DNA of 64,000 nucleotides from Candidatus Latescibacterota bacterium. Its GTDB lineage: Bacteria > Latescibacterota > UBA2968. This document shows positions 1 to 9,315 of this stretch, piece after piece (the stretch's first letter is position 1; each line of letters starts with the position of its first letter). The notes below the pieces were generated by a model. The model had not been told where the DNA came from. It saw only the letters and a program-made list of their open reading frames with translations, and made no database searches. Made by a program: the position numbers and the translations under genes. The stretch is taken from NCBI GenBank assembly GCA_965205975.1, contig OZ242195.1:3680001-3744000 (forward strand), written 5' to 3'.

Positions 1-397
1 GAAAACTGGTGCGATAACTCTTGTTGTGCCCGCCGGAATGAACAGGGACATAACTACCCTTCCGACTGACAGACAAATGGTTAGCCCAGATGTATAACCC
101 ATCATTATCGACATAGCGCTTCACATACTCGAGCCAATTGGGATTATCGATCAACGCCTCAAAAGCTGGTCCACCCTCAATAATATTGGCAAACTTGATA
201 TCGGGACCCTGTACAGGTTCGGGATCGCTACCGCGAACATGGCCGATCCATTTGTGTCCAGCCTCGTGTAAAGCAACCCATTCATCGACCGTCTCATTAA
301 TCTCCGCAATCAGTTCTGGAGAAACAACATTCTTCAAAACGAGAAATCCCTGAAGGTCAAAAAGATAGTCCTCCCATTCGGTAGGTGTAGATATCAT
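1..397 (-). CDS. PhyH-family Fe(II)/2-oxoglutarate dioxygenase (runs off the window edge), HxG variant
   Basis: Hand translation: MISTPTEWEDYLFDLQGFLVLKNVVS...VPVHSGGHNK; typical PhyH N-terminus (FDLQGFLV); RBS GAGGAG upstream. Not in the ORF track because it is truncated. Confidence 0.8.
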   Translation of the reverse strand, partial: MISTPTEWEDYLFDLQGFLVLKNVVSPELIAEINETVDEWVALHEAGHKWIGHVRGSDPEPVQGPDIKFANIIEGGPAFEALIDNPNWLEYVKRYVDNDGLYIWANHLSVSRKGSYVPVHSGGHNKSYRTSF

Positions 398-413
398 ATC
401 TTCTCCTCTTGCA

Positions 414-1514
414 TTATTCACGGCACAGCTTCGCCACGGCAATCGCATCCTCTTCCCAACAGGTATAAAACAAATACAACTGACCATCTTCTTTAAACGC
501 ATAAGAATCGTGCACCACATCGCCCTCCCAATCCTCCTCGGCGCGAATCATATCTTCTGGAGGATAACTCGTCTGCCACGCCTGCCAATCGCCCGCGCTC
601 AAATCCACAGTCGAACGCATAATATATTCCGGCTCCTCCCATTTTCGGCTGTAAAACACCTCCAGCGTCTCGCCATCCTCCATCACCCGCACACATCCGT
701 GGCGCAATCCCAAACCCCCATTGGGAAGATGATCGCCCGCCAACCCATCGGCGACGAGATCATCTTCAATAGGCGACGATTCAGCGGACACCCACAGAGG
801 ATCGCTCGTATTCCAACCCTCTGGCGCATCCCACGGACATTCGGGAACAGCTGGCTCTAAAAAAAATCCGCGCTGTGCAAAACCGTACCAATCGCCGCGA
901 TAGGTAAACACGCGCAAATAATTTCGATCCGCAAATTTCAACCGCTTCAATCCACCACCCTCTTCACCACCCACTTCAGGACGGTTAAAATTCAACCCGT
1001 ACTTCGACGTCGCCACAAATGAACGCTGGCCATCATTGCTGCTCCCGTGAACCACCATAATAAAATGCCGACTATCCTCATCCACAATCACCTCGGGAGA
1101 CGACACATGCCCCTTCAACACAATCCCATCCACCACATCAATCGTCTCAGTCTCATTGCCCAGCCTCAAATCAAAAACCCCGCGCCCTGGAAAACGAGTA
1201 TCATCCAACCTGCCGGCATTAAAAAGCGTCCAATCCGCCGAATCCACCCGATCTGACCACGCCATGTGAATACTCGTCCCGTGATGCGACGCACAATAAA
1301 GATAATAATTCGCATCCGGATGTGCCCGATCTTCCGCAGGCACCCAATCGGGAATCCGAACCACCGTGGGAAACATCGCATCGCCGCGCAATCTCGAACG
1401 ATTGGGATCTGCACCAATCCTGAGCCGTCGCACATCATTTCCTTCCACAATTGGCCTGCCGTGTAATTTCTCAACCCGATAAGTTACTTCACCCATGCAA
1501 TTCTCCATGCTCAA
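414..1514 (-). CDS. Hypothetical beta-propeller glycoside-hydrolase-like protein
   Basis: 366 aa ORF with YYLYCASHHG, HVSSPEV, VHDSYAFKEDGQLYLFY blades resembling GH43/GH32-clan five-bladed propellers; overlaps upstream gene stop. Confidence 0.55.
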   Translation of the reverse strand: MSMENCMGEVTYRVEKLHGRPIVEGNDVRRLRIGADPNRSRLRGDAMFPTVVRIPDWVPAEDRAHPDANYYLYCASHHGTSIHMAWSDRVDSADWTLFNAGRLDDTRFPGRGVFDLRLGNETETIDVVDGIVLKGHVSSPEVIVDEDSRHFIMVVHGSSNDGQRSFVATSKYGLNFNRPEVGGEEGGGLKRLKFADRNYLRVFTYRGDWYGFAQRGFFLEPAVPECPWDAPEGWNTSDPLWVSAESSPIEDDLVADGLAGDHLPNGGLGLRHGCVRVMEDGETLEVFYSRKWEEPEYIMRSTVDLSAGDWQAWQTSYPPEDMIRAEEDWEGDVVHDSYAFKEDGQLYLFYTCWEEDAIAVAKLCRE

Positions 1515-2467
1515 TGGCGTTCATCCAGCGGCGTCCAACCGCGCCCGGGGGTATGAACTTTCTTTCTATCCCATGCTCTCCGCAACGCGGCAAAATCTTT
1601 TGGATCTCGCATCTCGCGCTCGGGATTTTGCGTATCCTGAATCACGAAATACGCCTCGCCCGGATGGCACGCCATCGTCACTGGCTCGCGCTCTGGCGTA
1701 TAATCTTCGGGCACCTCACCGATATTGCTCGGCACGCTAAAATCCTGATATCGCAAATCCATACTCCACCGCACAACATCCGTCTTATTTTCAAACGAAG
1801 CGTGCGGCGTCAAATTCGTCAAAAACAAAACCGACCCCGCCGACATCTCCACTGGTATCGCGCCTTCGGGAACCTCTTCAGGTGCAATTTCCAAAAACCC
1901 CGCGTGACCACCCGTATAATGTCGGATAATCCCCTTATCCTGCACCTTTGGAATCACCCACAAACATCCATTATCCAGCGTCACATCCACCAGCGGTACC
2001 CAGCACGTCACCATCAAATACTCGTAACAATGCGCCATTGAATAGCCCGCATCCTGATGCCACGGCACCTCCCCACGCGAATAGCCCGGCACCTTGGGGC
2101 GTATGCGATAAATCGATGTACCCATAATATCGGGACCAATAATATCCTCAATACACGCAATCAATGGCCGATGCCGCAACGCCTTCAAAATCCCCGGCCC
2201 GTGAAACCTGCCCGACCAGATCGACATCAACACCTTGTGCGTGGCCTCCGGGTCGTATTGGTGGAGCCTCGTCAGCCGCGTCTCAAATGACTCCTCGGCA
2301 AAATCGCGATCCAGCTCGCCCTCGGCAATCAACTCATCGCACTTCTCCTGAACCGCGCCCGTCAACCCATCCTTCAGAAGTTGCAAATCATCCGAAGAAT
2401 AAATGGATTCTTTAACCACATAACCAAGCTCTTTGAACTGTCGAACTTCCTCTGCTGTAAGCCCCAT
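1511..2467 (-). CDS. PhyH-family dioxygenase
   Basis: PWHQDAG, NGCLWVIP, TPHAS..N, RWSMDLRY motifs; start trimmed to MGLTAEEV behind an AAGGA RBS. Confidence 0.88.
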   Translation of the reverse strand: MGLTAEEVRQFKELGYVVKESIYSSDDLQLLKDGLTGAVQEKCDELIAEGELDRDFAEESFETRLTRLHQYDPEATHKVLMSIWSGRFHGPGILKALRHRPLIACIEDIIGPDIMGTSIYRIRPKVPGYSRGEVPWHQDAGYSMAHCYEYLMVTCWVPLVDVTLDNGCLWVIPKVQDKGIIRHYTGGHAGFLEIAPEEVPEGAIPVEMSAGSVLFLTNLTPHASFENKTDVVRWSMDLRYQDFSVPSNIGEVPEDYTPEREPVTMACHPGEAYFVIQDTQNPEREMRDPKDFAALRRAWDRKKVHTPGRGWTPLDERH

Positions 2468-2484
2468 AAGTATGTCCTTTCCGA

Positions 2485-3249
2485 TCACATCACGACTTTT
2501 TCCCGCCCGCCAATTGATGGCGGCTCCATAATCCGTCGCTGCTGATCTGTCACATTGGGATAATCGTCTGGATTGTAATAATTCTGCGACCACGCCGAAT
2601 GTCCCGGACTAAATTTATACAGCAATGCGCGGCGCTCGTGCTCGCCTTCCCAGGGCATTGTTCCATGCACCAGTGCCTCCGTAAAAATGATCATATCCCC
2701 GGCTTCTGCTTCGGGCTGATGTACATAATGCGCCGGTCGCTCAAAACTGCGCACATCGTTGGGAATACTGACAAAATTGCTCTTATGCGACCCGGGAACA
2801 CAGGCAAAGCCTCCATCCCCTTTACGCGCGGGTGCGAGGTTATACGTAAACACCGTCAACCCATTGCGCATCACCCCATCGTGGTATTTGTACCAATGAT
2901 CGCCCGGCACACCCGCCTGCAATGATGGCCCACCGTGCAATCGCCCGCGGCTTGCGCCCTTCTTCATAAAAATGCAATAATCGTGATCCACGCGAAATGT
3001 CGGTCCCAACAACTCAATCATATACGGCAACGCATTGGGATGATCGAACAACGCCTGCGTCTCGGGACCCCACATTGAAACGCGACTCGTGCGGCGGTTC
3101 CCATCATCTTCGCTGGCAGGCCATACCTCATCGGCCAACTCATTCAACGCCTCCACCTCATCTGCGCTCAACACATCTTTAACAACCAAAAACCCCTGCA
3201 AATCAAATCGAAACTTCTCTTCCGGCGTCATAATATCCTCCGTTTCCAT
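2485..3249 (-). CDS. PhyH-family dioxygenase, HxG (LHGG) variant
   Basis: FDLQGFLVV, GGFACVPGSHK, EALVHGT, RRALLYKF; first metal motif is H-G-G. Confidence 0.88.
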   Translation of the reverse strand: METEDIMTPEEKFRFDLQGFLVVKDVLSADEVEALNELADEVWPASEDDGNRRTSRVSMWGPETQALFDHPNALPYMIELLGPTFRVDHDYCIFMKKGASRGRLHGGPSLQAGVPGDHWYKYHDGVMRNGLTVFTYNLAPARKGDGGFACVPGSHKSNFVSIPNDVRSFERPAHYVHQPEAEAGDMIIFTEALVHGTMPWEGEHERRALLYKFSPGHSAWSQNYYNPDDYPNVTDQQRRIMEPPSIGGREKVVM

Positions 3250-4046
3250 TACAGATTATCAACCGCATAAACAGCTTTCTCTATCTGTTCCTCCCCGACA
3301 GTTTTGACCTTAGCATCTAAACCGAGCAACAGGGCAATATCGCAAATATTATTTATATCTCGCGGAACACCATTGGACGCTTGATAGAGCGCGTCGAGCG
3401 CGTCCTCGTCGAACAAGGATCGATCGGCTCCCGCTTTTTTTAGGCGTGTTTGCACATACGCGTGTGTCTCCTCGCGCTTAAACGGCGCGAGGTGATATTG
3501 CCGTGCGACCTGTTGTCCCAATGGCTCAATGCCAGCAACCCGGTCCTTGAGACCTGTCTGTCCAATGAGGAGAAGAGTAAGAAAAAAACGCCCGTTGCGT
3601 TGAAAGCTGAACAGAGATTGCAACTCTTCAAATGTATTGTCGTCTGCTATTGCATCGGCATCATCGACAATGACAACCGTATATTTGCCCGCATTGGCAC
3701 TTTTGACAGTCTGAACCTCAAGTGCGCGTTGCAATTTTCCATTCGATTGGTCCTCAACACCCAATTGCCCGAGCATATCTCGAAGAAAGTCTTCCGGCGC
3801 AAGACCGGGCCTATTCATAAGCGCGATTTTATACCTATCAGATGACAGTTCATGGATGAGCATGCGACTCACAACGGTTTTGCCACAGCCCGCATCGCCC
3901 GTGAGCACGGCAGCCCCCAGGCGAGTATTAATCGCGTAAAACATCTGTAACAGTGCTCTCTGGTGATCTGCTGAAGAATAAAAAAAATGCGGATCCGGCA
4001 CACTTTCAAACGGCAATTCTGTCAGATTCCAATATTCCTGGTACAC
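3249..4046 (-). CDS. ExeA/GspA-like AAA+ ATPase
   Basis: MYQEYWNLTELPF..PDP.FFY N-terminus, Walker A GDAGCGKT, Walker B VVIVDDA, GVPRDINNICD. Confidence 0.88.
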   Translation of the reverse strand: MYQEYWNLTELPFESVPDPHFFYSSADHQRALLQMFYAINTRLGAAVLTGDAGCGKTVVSRMLIHELSSDRYKIALMNRPGLAPEDFLRDMLGQLGVEDQSNGKLQRALEVQTVKSANAGKYTVVIVDDADAIADDNTFEELQSLFSFQRNGRFFLTLLLIGQTGLKDRVAGIEPLGQQVARQYHLAPFKREETHAYVQTRLKKAGADRSLFDEDALDALYQASNGVPRDINNICDIALLLGLDAKVKTVGEEQIEKAVYAVDNL

Positions 4047-4323
4047 GGTTTTAACCCTTTATTTTAAATCCGACCATGGTCTTTACAACCCAATCGGAGT
4101 CGTGGTTTAACGCTGCCCATTGCACCTATTTTGTCGCAATCCAATATAGTTACCTCAAACGGTCTGTGTCAAGTAATCGACAAAGCGATTTAAGGGCTTC
4201 CCCATGTTTTATACAACACGGAGACATTGGCACAAAATACTTTGACGGAACGTAACCAAACCCTATATTTTGCTGCACTGCGCTTGTGACATATCTGTTT
4301 TGACTCTCATTTTGGAGATCTGT

Positions 4324-5820
4324 ATGGCCTGGTGGCAATCCGTTTTGCTGGCCACTTACAGCCTGGTGTTTGCATTGCTGATGCTCGTAAGTCTGCATAG
4401 ACACTTGATGGTACACCTCTATTACAAGCACCGTCGCAAACAACCGAATCCCCGCGGCACCTTTGATGAATTACCGGTTGTGACCGTGCAATTGCCCGTA
4501 TTCAATGAACGCTATGTGGTCGAACGGCTGATTCGCGCGGTCGCCAAGATGGATTATCCAACCGACCGCCTCGAAATTCAGGTCCTGGATGACTCGACCG
4601 ATGAAACAACCGCCATTGCCAGGCGGTGTGTAGATGAACTTCGGCGTTCGGGACTGGATATCGCGCTGATACACCGCAAAACGCGCACCGGGTATAAAGC
4701 CGGTGCTCTCGCAGAGGGATTGCGGGTTGCACGGGGTGAATTGATCGCAATTTTTGACGCCGATTTCCTGCCGCCACCAGACTTTTTGAACAAAACCATC
4801 CCGCACTTCGTCGAACCGCAGGTCGGCATGGTTCAGACGCGCTGGGGACATCTGAATCGGGACTACTCCATTTTGACACGCGTACAGGCCATCTATCTCG
4901 ACGGTCATTTTGTTATGGAACACGGTGCGCGTAGCCGCTCGGGCCTGTTCTTCAATTTTAACGGCACAGCGGGCGTCTGGCGCCGAGCTTGTATCGATGA
5001 AGCCGGCGGTTGGCAGCACGACACCCTGACCGAAGACCTCGATTTGAGCTACCGCGCGCAATTGGCAGGCTGGCGATTCGTCTATCTTGAGAATACCGTA
5101 ACACCGGCGGAAATCCCCGTGGAAGTAAATGCCTGGAAGTCACAGCAATTTCGATGGGCAAAAGGCTCGGTTCAGACCGCAAAAAAAACACTAAAGACCC
5201 TGTTGAAAAGCCATCTCTCCTGGCGCGTGAAGGGCGAAGCCGCTTTTCATCTGGTAACCAATTTCGCATATTGTTTGATGGCAATGATCGCCATTCTCAT
5301 TTTTCCCGCAATTGTCCTGAGGGAAGACCTGGGATGGCTCCGGGTGGTAATAATCGATTTTCCCCTCTTTGTAGGCGCAACGGGCGTGATCTCGAGATAC
5401 TATATCCACTCGCAACGAGAAATTTATTCGGATTGGAAATCGCGCATCCTGTATTTGCCATTTGTACTCGCCCTGGGCATGGGAATTTCATTGAACAACG
5501 CGCGCGGAGTAATTCAGGCACTGCGAGGGCACGAGACTGCATTTAACCGCACCCCCAAATATCGCGTTATCGGACGGAATGGAAATTGGTATCGAAAAAA
5601 TTACGCCCTGAAAAAAAACATAACTGCATTTTTGGAAATTGGACTCGGTCTTTATCTGCTGGCCGCTATGGCGTATTCGATTGCCAAAGGACTGTATTTC
5701 CCCGTACCATTCCTGGTTTTGTTTGCCTCTGGATTTTTTTATGTAGGGTGCCTGTCTTTGTTCCAGGGTATCTGGGCGAAAATGCATTCGCAACCAATTG
5801 AAGTCGCGGAGGCAAATTAA
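4324..5820 (+). CDS. Processive GT2 glycosyltransferase (cellulose synthase/CslA-like), membrane-bound
   Basis: VTVQLPVFNE, DDSTD, GYKAGAL, FDADF, TEDLDLSYR, QQFRWAKG (QxxRW), several TM helices. Confidence 0.9.
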   Translation: MAWWQSVLLATYSLVFALLMLVSLHRHLMVHLYYKHRRKQPNPRGTFDELPVVTVQLPVFNERYVVERLIRAVAKMDYPTDRLEIQVLDDSTDETTAIARRCVDELRRSGLDIALIHRKTRTGYKAGALAEGLRVARGELIAIFDADFLPPPDFLNKTIPHFVEPQVGMVQTRWGHLNRDYSILTRVQAIYLDGHFVMEHGARSRSGLFFNFNGTAGVWRRACIDEAGGWQHDTLTEDLDLSYRAQLAGWRFVYLENTVTPAEIPVEVNAWKSQQFRWAKGSVQTAKKTLKTLLKSHLSWRVKGEAAFHLVTNFAYCLMAMIAILIFPAIVLREDLGWLRVVIIDFPLFVGATGVISRYYIHSQREIYSDWKSRILYLPFVLALGMGISLNNARGVIQALRGHETAFNRTPKYRVIGRNGNWYRKNYALKKNITAFLEIGLGLYLLAAMAYSIAKGLYFPVPFLVLFASGFFYVGCLSLFQGIWAKMHSQPIEVAEAN

Positions 5821-5846
5821 AAAACAATTAAAGGTAGAACGGGCAC

Positions 5847-6698
5847 ATGGCAACGCGACTCAACAATCCATACCTCTGGGCTTATACCGCAGCCATTCTG
5901 CTGCACATTCTATTCCTGATCCTGGAGAACCCGCTGTCTGCGGTCATTGCGCCGCAGCCAGAACAAATACCCGCATCACCGCCCCTGACATTTGAATTTG
6001 TCGATGTGCCCCAAAATCGAGACGACGCTCCGCCCGAAGAAACCCCGTTGCTCGCAGAGCGCGATAATATCTCTCGCGATCAACAAATGGACCCCTTGCC
6101 CGAAAGCCACTTGCCATATTCCGATGGCATATCGCGGGCAAAAAATATAGCGACGCCAGCGCAGGGAAAGTCGCGCAGGGAAACACAAAGCGCAGACCGC
6201 TCATCGGAAACTGAAACTACTGACAATTCCCTTAACTTTGAGGATTTATTGAAAAAACCCGAAAAAGCGCGAAAAGAGCGAGAACGCGCGGTGTTGGGCG
6301 GAGAACTGCCCCAATCGCACGTAGATATGGACAATAGCAAAACCCGCGCACTCGAACGAGGGGGATTGCAACTGAGCACTTATGAATGGAATTTCGCGCC
6401 CTATATGCAATATCTCAAGCGACGTATTGACCGCCATATATATCCGCCCCGTCTATTCGAGTTGGGCATGATCGACGGCACGACCGTGGTGAAGTTTAGA
6501 ATCTGGCGCGACGGTCGGCTTGAAGGCCCCGAACTGATCGACTATAAGGGCAGTGAGTCATTGCTCGAAACGAGCCTGGAAGCCGTTAAACGCTCGGCAC
6601 CATTCAGGGCATTACCCCCAGATTTCCCGGAAGAGTACCTCGAAATTGTGGGTACTTTTGAATATTTAATTTTTGGAAAAGGACAAAGGCGACAATAA
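5847..6698 (+). CDS. TonB/TolA-family energy transducer
   Basis: N-terminal TM with His (ILLHILF), Pro/charged linker, C-terminal YP..GTTVVKFRI..DG..G..LLE...APF.ALP domain. Confidence 0.8.
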   Translation: MATRLNNPYLWAYTAAILLHILFLILENPLSAVIAPQPEQIPASPPLTFEFVDVPQNRDDAPPEETPLLAERDNISRDQQMDPLPESHLPYSDGISRAKNIATPAQGKSRRETQSADRSSETETTDNSLNFEDLLKKPEKARKERERAVLGGELPQSHVDMDNSKTRALERGGLQLSTYEWNFAPYMQYLKRRIDRHIYPPRLFELGMIDGTTVVKFRIWRDGRLEGPELIDYKGSESLLETSLEAVKRSAPFRALPPDFPEEYLEIVGTFEYLIFGKGQRRQ

Positions 6699-6699
6699 T

Positions 6700-7323
6700 A
6701 TGGGCTGGGCACTGTTTGAACAGGGTGGTCTCATGATGTATCCTCTGACTTTGTGCTCAGTACTGGCTTTGGGCATTGCAATTGAGCGCGGATTTGCACT
6801 GCGCCGTCGCGCCATCATCCGGCCCGAGATTGTCAGTGTAATCGACAATATTCAAGGATCCGAAGACATTGGGTTGGCTTTGAACGTCTGCAGGCAACAC
6901 AAAGGTCCTTTCTCTGCAGTGATGCGCGCGGGATTAGACAATCGACATTTGTCCTTAGAAGAGATCCGAGAAAGTATTCTGGATCAGGGCCGCCAAGAGA
7001 TGGGGGTATTGCAGAAGGGTCTGGTAGTTCTGGAAACCGTAGCGGGAGTTTCGCCACTTTTGGGACTTTTGGGCACTGTTTTGGGCATGATTAAAGTTTT
7101 TCAGCAGGTTTCAGAAGTGGGCGTAGGGCAGGCCAATCTCCTGGCAGGAGGCATTTCCGAAGCGATTCTAACGACTGCTGCCGGACTTTTTATTGCAATT
7201 CCATCACTTGTATTTTACAATCTATACAGCAGTCGGGCAGAAAGCCTGATTTTGGAAATTGAGAAATACGCCAACACTCTGCTAAAAAAACTCCGGGGGT
7301 TTCAAGGCTCCGAAGGTGGATAG
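6700..7323 (+). CDS. exbB: MotA/TolQ/ExbB proton channel protein
   Basis: PLLGLLGTVLGMI and GISEAILTTAAGL motifs. Confidence 0.9.
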   Translation: MGWALFEQGGLMMYPLTLCSVLALGIAIERGFALRRRAIIRPEIVSVIDNIQGSEDIGLALNVCRQHKGPFSAVMRAGLDNRHLSLEEIRESILDQGRQEMGVLQKGLVVLETVAGVSPLLGLLGTVLGMIKVFQQVSEVGVGQANLLAGGISEAILTTAAGLFIAIPSLVFYNLYSSRAESLILEIEKYANTLLKKLRGFQGSEGG

Positions 7324-7325
7324 CG

Positions 7326-7736
7326 ATGCGATTGCAAATGCCCGGCAAACGCCGTCCGGCCATCAATGTGACCTCTTTGATCGACGTCCTGTTTTTATTG
7401 CTTACATTTTTTCTCGTAACCACGCAATTTGTCGATCAATCCGCGCTCAAAGTCGAACTGCCCGCCATGGCACACGCGGAAAAAACGCAGCACGCGAGAC
7501 GTTATATTCTCAACATATCGGCAGATGGTCAAATGGCATTGGATGGTCAGATCGTCGATCAACCAGCATTGCGGGAATTATTAAAACAACAAGCAGCGGA
7601 CATCGATGAAAGTGGGGGCCTGATTTTGAGGGCAGATCGCCAATTGCCTTATGGCGATGTGATGTCGATTCTGGACCTCGTCAGAGGTGTGGGAATCAGA
7701 CGAATTACCAATGCCACAGCGGAACCCGATAAATAG
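7326..7736 (+). CDS. exbD: ExbD/TolR biopolymer transport protein
   Basis: INVTSLIDVLFLLLTFF, LRADRQLPYGDV. Confidence 0.92.
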   Translation: MRLQMPGKRRPAINVTSLIDVLFLLLTFFLVTTQFVDQSALKVELPAMAHAEKTQHARRYILNISADGQMALDGQIVDQPALRELLKQQAADIDESGGLILRADRQLPYGDVMSILDLVRGVGIRRITNATAEPDK

Positions 7737-7762
7737 CAGTTTCTGTCTCAGAGGTAGGAACA

Positions 7763-8371
7763 ATGCGCGTTTCCAAATCGTCCAATTTTTCACACATTGA
7801 AGATATCCAAATCGTTGCCCGGGTCTTAGAAGGCAACACAGAGGCTTTCTCTGTGCTGGTACAGCGACACCATGAACGCGTGTATAATACGGTTTACAGC
7901 TTCATTGGCGATCTCGACGAAGCCGACGATTTGGCGCAAGAAGCATTTCTCAAAGCATTTCGCGCCCTGAAACGATTTCGAGGACAATCGCTATTTTCAA
8001 CATGGGTGCATCGCATCGCTGTCAATTGCTGCTTAGACCATCTCAAATCCAGACATCGGCGCAGCTTTGTTTCTCTGGATGAACATCGAGAAAATTGGGA
8101 CGTACCGCACATCTGGGTGGGCCAGCCCCCAAATGCGGATGTGCGCGTTGAACGGCGGGAACTTCAAGAAATTCTCGAACGCGCCCTGAATGATCTATCG
8201 GAAGAATATCGCGTGACCTTTGTTTTGAGAGAAATTGAAGGCCTGGCCTACGAAGAAATTGCCGAATTGCTCAAATGCTCAATAGGAACAGTGAAATCTC
8301 GCCTGTTTCGCGGGCGGTCAAAACTCCGCGAAATTTTGCAAGTACAATACGACAACTGGATTGAGGCGTAA
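7763..8371 (+). CDS. ECF sigma-70 factor (RpoE/SigW-like)
   Basis: ADDLAQEAFLKAF, FSTWVHRIAVN, YEEIAE..CSIGTVKSRLFRGR. Confidence 0.93.
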   Translation: MRVSKSSNFSHIEDIQIVARVLEGNTEAFSVLVQRHHERVYNTVYSFIGDLDEADDLAQEAFLKAFRALKRFRGQSLFSTWVHRIAVNCCLDHLKSRHRRSFVSLDEHRENWDVPHIWVGQPPNADVRVERRELQEILERALNDLSEEYRVTFVLREIEGLAYEEIAELLKCSIGTVKSRLFRGRSKLREILQVQYDNWIEA

Positions 8372-8373
8372 AT

Positions 8374-8847
8374 ATGGACGCAGACAACACCTTTGACATC
8401 AACTGCGAATTGTTGTCGGCTTATCTCGACGATGCGCTTACAGAAGCAGAACGGACCAGAGTTGAGAAGCTATTGCGCGTGTCCGATAGTCTCAGGCGTG
8501 AACTGGCCGAGATGGTGCGGGTGCGACAATTTTTTGCGGCCTGGTCTCCACCTGCACCCGATCGTTTTTTTGTACGGCGTGTAGATATAAAAGTCCGGGA
8601 AGAAATGGCGCAAATGAAGAACAGATGGGGGTTTCAAAAATTCGCCACTGCCGCAATATTGCTGATTTCTATTGGCTCTCTGGCATTTTTAACCCAACGC
8701 CTGGACAGAACTGTTGAACCCGTCACGCTGGATGCTTTTTTGCAAAGTTCGCTCGACCGAGAGGTTCGAGAAGTTGTGAGTTTGACCGAAGATGATTTTT
8801 CCAAAGACCGCGTGCTCGACCTCGTCTTATCAGACAACACGCGTTAG
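8374..8847 (+). CDS. Putative transmembrane anti-sigma factor
   Basis: ELLSAYLDD.L anti-sigma N-terminus plus one TM helix, directly after the ECF gene; HxxxCxxC zinc motif is absent. Confidence 0.75.
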   Translation: MDADNTFDINCELLSAYLDDALTEAERTRVEKLLRVSDSLRRELAEMVRVRQFFAAWSPPAPDRFFVRRVDIKVREEMAQMKNRWGFQKFATAAILLISIGSLAFLTQRLDRTVEPVTLDAFLQSSLDREVREVVSLTEDDFSKDRVLDLVLSDNTR

Positions 8848-8859
8848 AAGGTTTTTATT

Positions 8860-9246
8860 ATGTTTATTTCGCGTTTCCGCTTTATATGCCTGATTGTTTT
8901 GTGTCTCTTACTTGGCGCGGTAATAGGGACTGTTTACGAAAGTCTCGCGTCTGGTGATTCTGGAAAGAGGCGAGTGCGCCTGTCTGAAATGGTGGCAAAG
9001 CTCGACCTGTCAGATGGTCAGAAAGCGCAGTTGGACACAATCCTCGAACAAGGGCGCAAATGCATGGTCGATATCAACACGGCCTATCGCTCAGAGTTTG
9101 GAAAAGTGAGAAACACAACCCGCGCTCAAATTCGGGAAATCTTGACGCCTGATCAGCGCAAAGAATTTGATGAGATGATGGCCGAACAAGAGGCTCTGCG
9201 GCATCATCAGCGCAAAAACAGGCCCTCCGGCAATCAGGCCGAGTGA
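8860..9246 (+). CDS. Spy/CpxP/heavy-metal-sensor-like periplasmic helical protein
   Basis: N-terminal hydrophobic segment; LDLSDGQK and ILTPDQ (LTxxQ) motifs. Confidence 0.7.
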   Translation: MFISRFRFICLIVLCLLLGAVIGTVYESLASGDSGKRRVRLSEMVAKLDLSDGQKAQLDTILEQGRKCMVDINTAYRSEFGKVRNTTRAQIREILTPDQRKEFDEMMAEQEALRHHQRKNRPSGNQAE

Positions 9247-9315
9247 TAAAAAGAATTTTATAAAAAATAAGTGAGTAATTGTTTACTTTCTTCAAAGATT
9301 TGAGAGGACGGAAGA

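Noticed and set aside
4228..4245. TGGCAC upstream of the GT2 gene as a sigma54 promoter
   Set aside because: No GC at the required GG-N10-GC spacing.
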